Part shown: in pieces, positions 60,652 to 64,000 of the stretch
Layout: every line of letters starts with the position of its first letter
Numbering within the stretch: the stretch's first letter is position 1
Assembly (NCBI RefSeq): GCF_018977255.1
Contig: NW_024704743.1
Span: forward strand, 43,154,001 to 43,218,000
Length of the DNA stretch: 64,000 bases
Origin: Callorhinchus milii
Lineage: Eukaryota
Direction: 5' to 3'
The notes under the pieces: model-generated
What the model was told of the DNA's origin: nothing
The model's database searches: none
The model's input: the letters and a program-made list of their open reading frames with translations, nothing else
Program-made: the position numbers and the translations under genes

Positions 60652-61504
60652 GTAAGGTGGTTGGGTTGTGCTCATTGGGCAACAGCTGATTTGTGTTTTT
60701 CTTTGATTTGAAAAAAATAATCATGTCCGTTTCAAAATTTAGGAAAATTCCGGTCAAGTTGTTTTGTGGAAATGCTTAGGATTGAGCACGTTCTTCAATG
60801 AAGTTGCTGCTTTTTTTTTTGGAGGGGGGGGGGGGATGAAATTGAGTGTTACCACAGCCAGACAAATGTTTTGATAATACTGTACTGCAAGCATTATTGG
60901 AGATAATGCTATTGTGATCCTGGAGCCTTCGAAAGATGGGAATGTTGTTGCTGGGTACATATTTTTAAATATGATTTAATACTCGTTTAACATATTGTGA
61001 GTGCCACATGAGCTGCTTGAGTTACATGAATAAAATGCTGCCCAAACACCATTAGCCCATATTTTGCTAAGTATGGAATGTAATACCTCAGACTGCATTG
61101 CCGGTTTCATACAAAGCACTTGATGTAGGCACAAGTATCTGTCAGCCTCTGAATAATTACACCCATCATTGGTCTGTGGTACTATTTCCATTATATTTTG
61201 GATTACTCTGACTATACTTCCTGGAGTTGGATTAACATTTAGCCTGGTTTCCAGTGTATTTGCATTGAAGTGCATAATTGTACTGCTGTTAATAATGCAC
61301 TTGAGTTGCTTGACTCTCTTCCAGAATGTGTTGTACAAAAGATTCTGGTGCTGTATTGAGCTACCTACATTATGTGTTATATGGGATTTATCACTGCAAG
61401 TTTATTGTGTTACCGAGGAATGAATATAGCACTTTCACCCAATGGATCAGCAGTGCTTTTGTTTCTGATGAAAACATGCAAGTACTAAAATGTACTTTAT
61501 TCTG

Positions 61505-61817
61505 ATAATAATAATCCTTGCATTTGATATCGTGCTTTTTCACGTCTTCTCGACGTCTCAAAGCGCTTCACAGAATATACTGTGAAGTGAATTGACTGAA
61601 CATTTGTGGGCGAAACGCAGCAGCCAATTGCGCACAGCAGTGTCCAACAAACAGTCGTGGATTGAAGTGACCAATTTATTTATTATTTTTTTTGTTGGGG
61701 CATTATTATCAGATGTGTGGAGTAAGGAAATTTGCCCAAGGTTTTGCCATGCTGGGAATCAAACCCACGTCTCTTGCTTGCGAGGCGAGTGCTCTAACCA
61801 CTGAGCTACAGGACTCC
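61505..61817 (-). mobile_element. tRNA-derived SINE (short subtype), full length, in PHLPP1 intron 1
   Basis: Reverse complement from the (ATA)n tail to CTACAGGACTCC; further tail-only fragments at ~62205-62320 and ~63550-63655. Confidence 0.92.
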
Positions 61818-64000
61818 AGGACTAGTACTGTAGATTTAAGCACAAGCTATTTCTGACTCACCTGGTACATATGTTCTGCAACAGTTGCCAGACTTACCAA
61901 AATCTGATGTATTTGGCTGGATACTGTTGAGATAGCCAGGATTTAGTTGTTAGCAGGACTTAAAGAAGTTGCAGAATCAGTGCCACCTGTAAATGTACCA
62001 AAAGGACTATATAGTAAAGATAGTGAAGTACAATGAATCTGCTGAACCAATACGTACATCCTAATGACAATAAGAATGTTAACCACACTTGCGCATTTTT
62101 TTTGTTTCCTTTGCTGGAAGGTACAAGATGCCCCAAAACAGCCACTGCAGTTTGCAGTCTGCAGTATTCATCCAATGTGGAAGGCTCTATGTCAAATGTA
62201 CTAATGATAATAATCCTTGCATTTGTTATTGTGCCTTATCACATCATTGAGACGTCTCAAAGAGCTTCACAGAATATACTGTAAAATGCATTGACATTAT
62301 ATATTTTGTGGGTGAACGTAAAGATTATTATAGACCTCTTTGAAAAAGGTGTATTGGTAATTGGTTTGTGAGTTGCTGGACCTGATATACATCTGCGCTT
62401 GCACGCTTCCATAGATTACACTGAGACAGGAATTTCACCCAGCATTGCATGGAGCCCACAAAACAGTTGAAGCACGACCATTACTTTGTTCGCTGAATGC
62501 CATTCATAATTTTGTTTCTGATAACTGATACTGTCAGTGAGTGAATGTTGCTTGTGTCATACACCATATGTGATAGTGACACATTGCATTCTCCTTGACC
62601 GGTGCAACTCAATACACCACAATTTCAGAAGTGTGATATTTGTGTCTGTCATATGTACAGTTTACAGCATTTGATTAAGCTTGCAGATTTCTAATTTTAA
62701 TCGGTAAAATTTGCTGACATTCAGGCTGCTAAATTTTCTGTAAATCAAGGAAAACCAGTTACAATCATTTAACTTTTTAAAAAAAAAAAATCATTTTGAA
62801 CTACCAAAGGTTCCTCATTCACCAAACCTGTGCGCAACCTCAGTGTTCGGTTGTCCTTCCTACCCTGACCCACACTGCTTTCCTCCACCTTCACTGCATT
62901 GCATGCCTCAGACCCTATCTCACCCCCAAATGCTGGTGAAACCCATATCCATGCCTGAGTTACTTCCTACCTTGACGTCTCAAATGCACTCACTGAACTC
63001 TATAGTTCCACAAGGTCCAACTCATACAAAACTCTGCCATCCACATCCTCAGTCATACCAAATTCCACAAGCCTGTCATCCCAATCCTTGCTGGGTTCCG
63101 CTGGCTCCTTGTCTCACATGCAAATCCCATTATGTCCTAGCACCTCCATACCTCTCTGACCGACTCGCACCCCTCTCCTCTGACCTGCGTTCATCTGTTA
63201 CTGGTCTACTACGAGTCCCTGAACCTTTCCCGCCACCATTGATGGCTGTGTATTTAGTCCTCTGCCTCAAACCTCTGGATTTCCCTCTCTCAATGTCTCT
63301 GTTTAACCTCTTTTTTAGTGTTTAAATCCCATTTTAAGACCTGAGTCTCTGGTCATCTCCTCCTTTTCTCTTGCTTAGAGTCCAATCACGCCACTGTGTA
63401 GTACACTAAGATGCTATTCTGTGTGAAGGCCACAATATAAAATGCAAGTTGGTGTAAAAATTTAAAGAAATCAAGACCAATGTTAAAATATAAAACTAGT
63501 CAAATTAAATTTAAAAAACTAGCATATGGTGTGCTATAATATGATAGTAATAATCGTTGCAATTAATATAGCGCTTTTCACGTCTTCTAGACATCTCAAA
63601 GTGCTTCACAGAATATACTGTGAAGTGAATTGACTGTATATTTGTGGGCGAAACTTGCAATCATAGCTTCTGAGTTGCACAGGTTATTATTAAGAATGAT
63701 AAATTGTGTAATTATTGAATACAAGTAAATAAATGCTTATCATTTACAATTTCTGCCATGTTAGTTTGGATTCATTTTGATGATGGAATTGAAGTGTAAA
63801 ATAAAGAAACCAATTTTGCCGACTGGTCTTTCCAGCTAAATTGTGAAACAAAAACACATGTTGTTTTTTCTTTCCCTCTAGATTTCTGCTTGTTTCTAAC
63901 TACCTCTGATCCATTTTCTTACTCCTAGCACTTCTGTTGAACATTGCAGCTATTTTGTTTTGACTCCAAGTGGTCACCAGTGGTGCAAATTTGAATTATT

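Noticed and set aside
60652..60689. ORF end KVVGLCSLGNS* of the 546 aa PHLPP1 ORF
   Set aside because: Intron read-through after the conserved FYAG|GTAAG donor

Overview
Eukaryotic (vertebrate) genomic DNA. The repeat families suggest a cartilaginous fish, probably a holocephalan/chimaera; this is an inference. The window holds the 3' 13 coding exons of ZCCHC2 (+ strand, 10909-35447, about 829 aa here, exon 1 upstream of the window) and its ~2.2 kb 3'UTR. After ~21 kb of repeat-rich intergenic DNA come the CpG-island promoter and large first coding exon of PHLPP1 (+ strand, 59049/59166-60651), the same gene order as in mammals. The first 6 kb is a compound (GT)n(GA)n-ATGGCACA satellite inside ZCCHC2 intron 1. 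Introns and intergenic DNA carry many tRNA-Ala-derived SINEs, L2 and CR1 LINE fragments, a Tx1-like fragment and a Penelope-like element with inverted terminal repeats and minimal hammerhead-ribozyme motifs. The least explained signals are an unidentified ~0.55 kb repeat present twice whose copies diverge like a protein-coding sequence, a TAATG stop/start uORF on PHLPP1, and a separate ZNF143/NRF1 promoter module. Homology calls come from recalled protein/repeat sequences, not database searches, and repeat boundaries are approximate.
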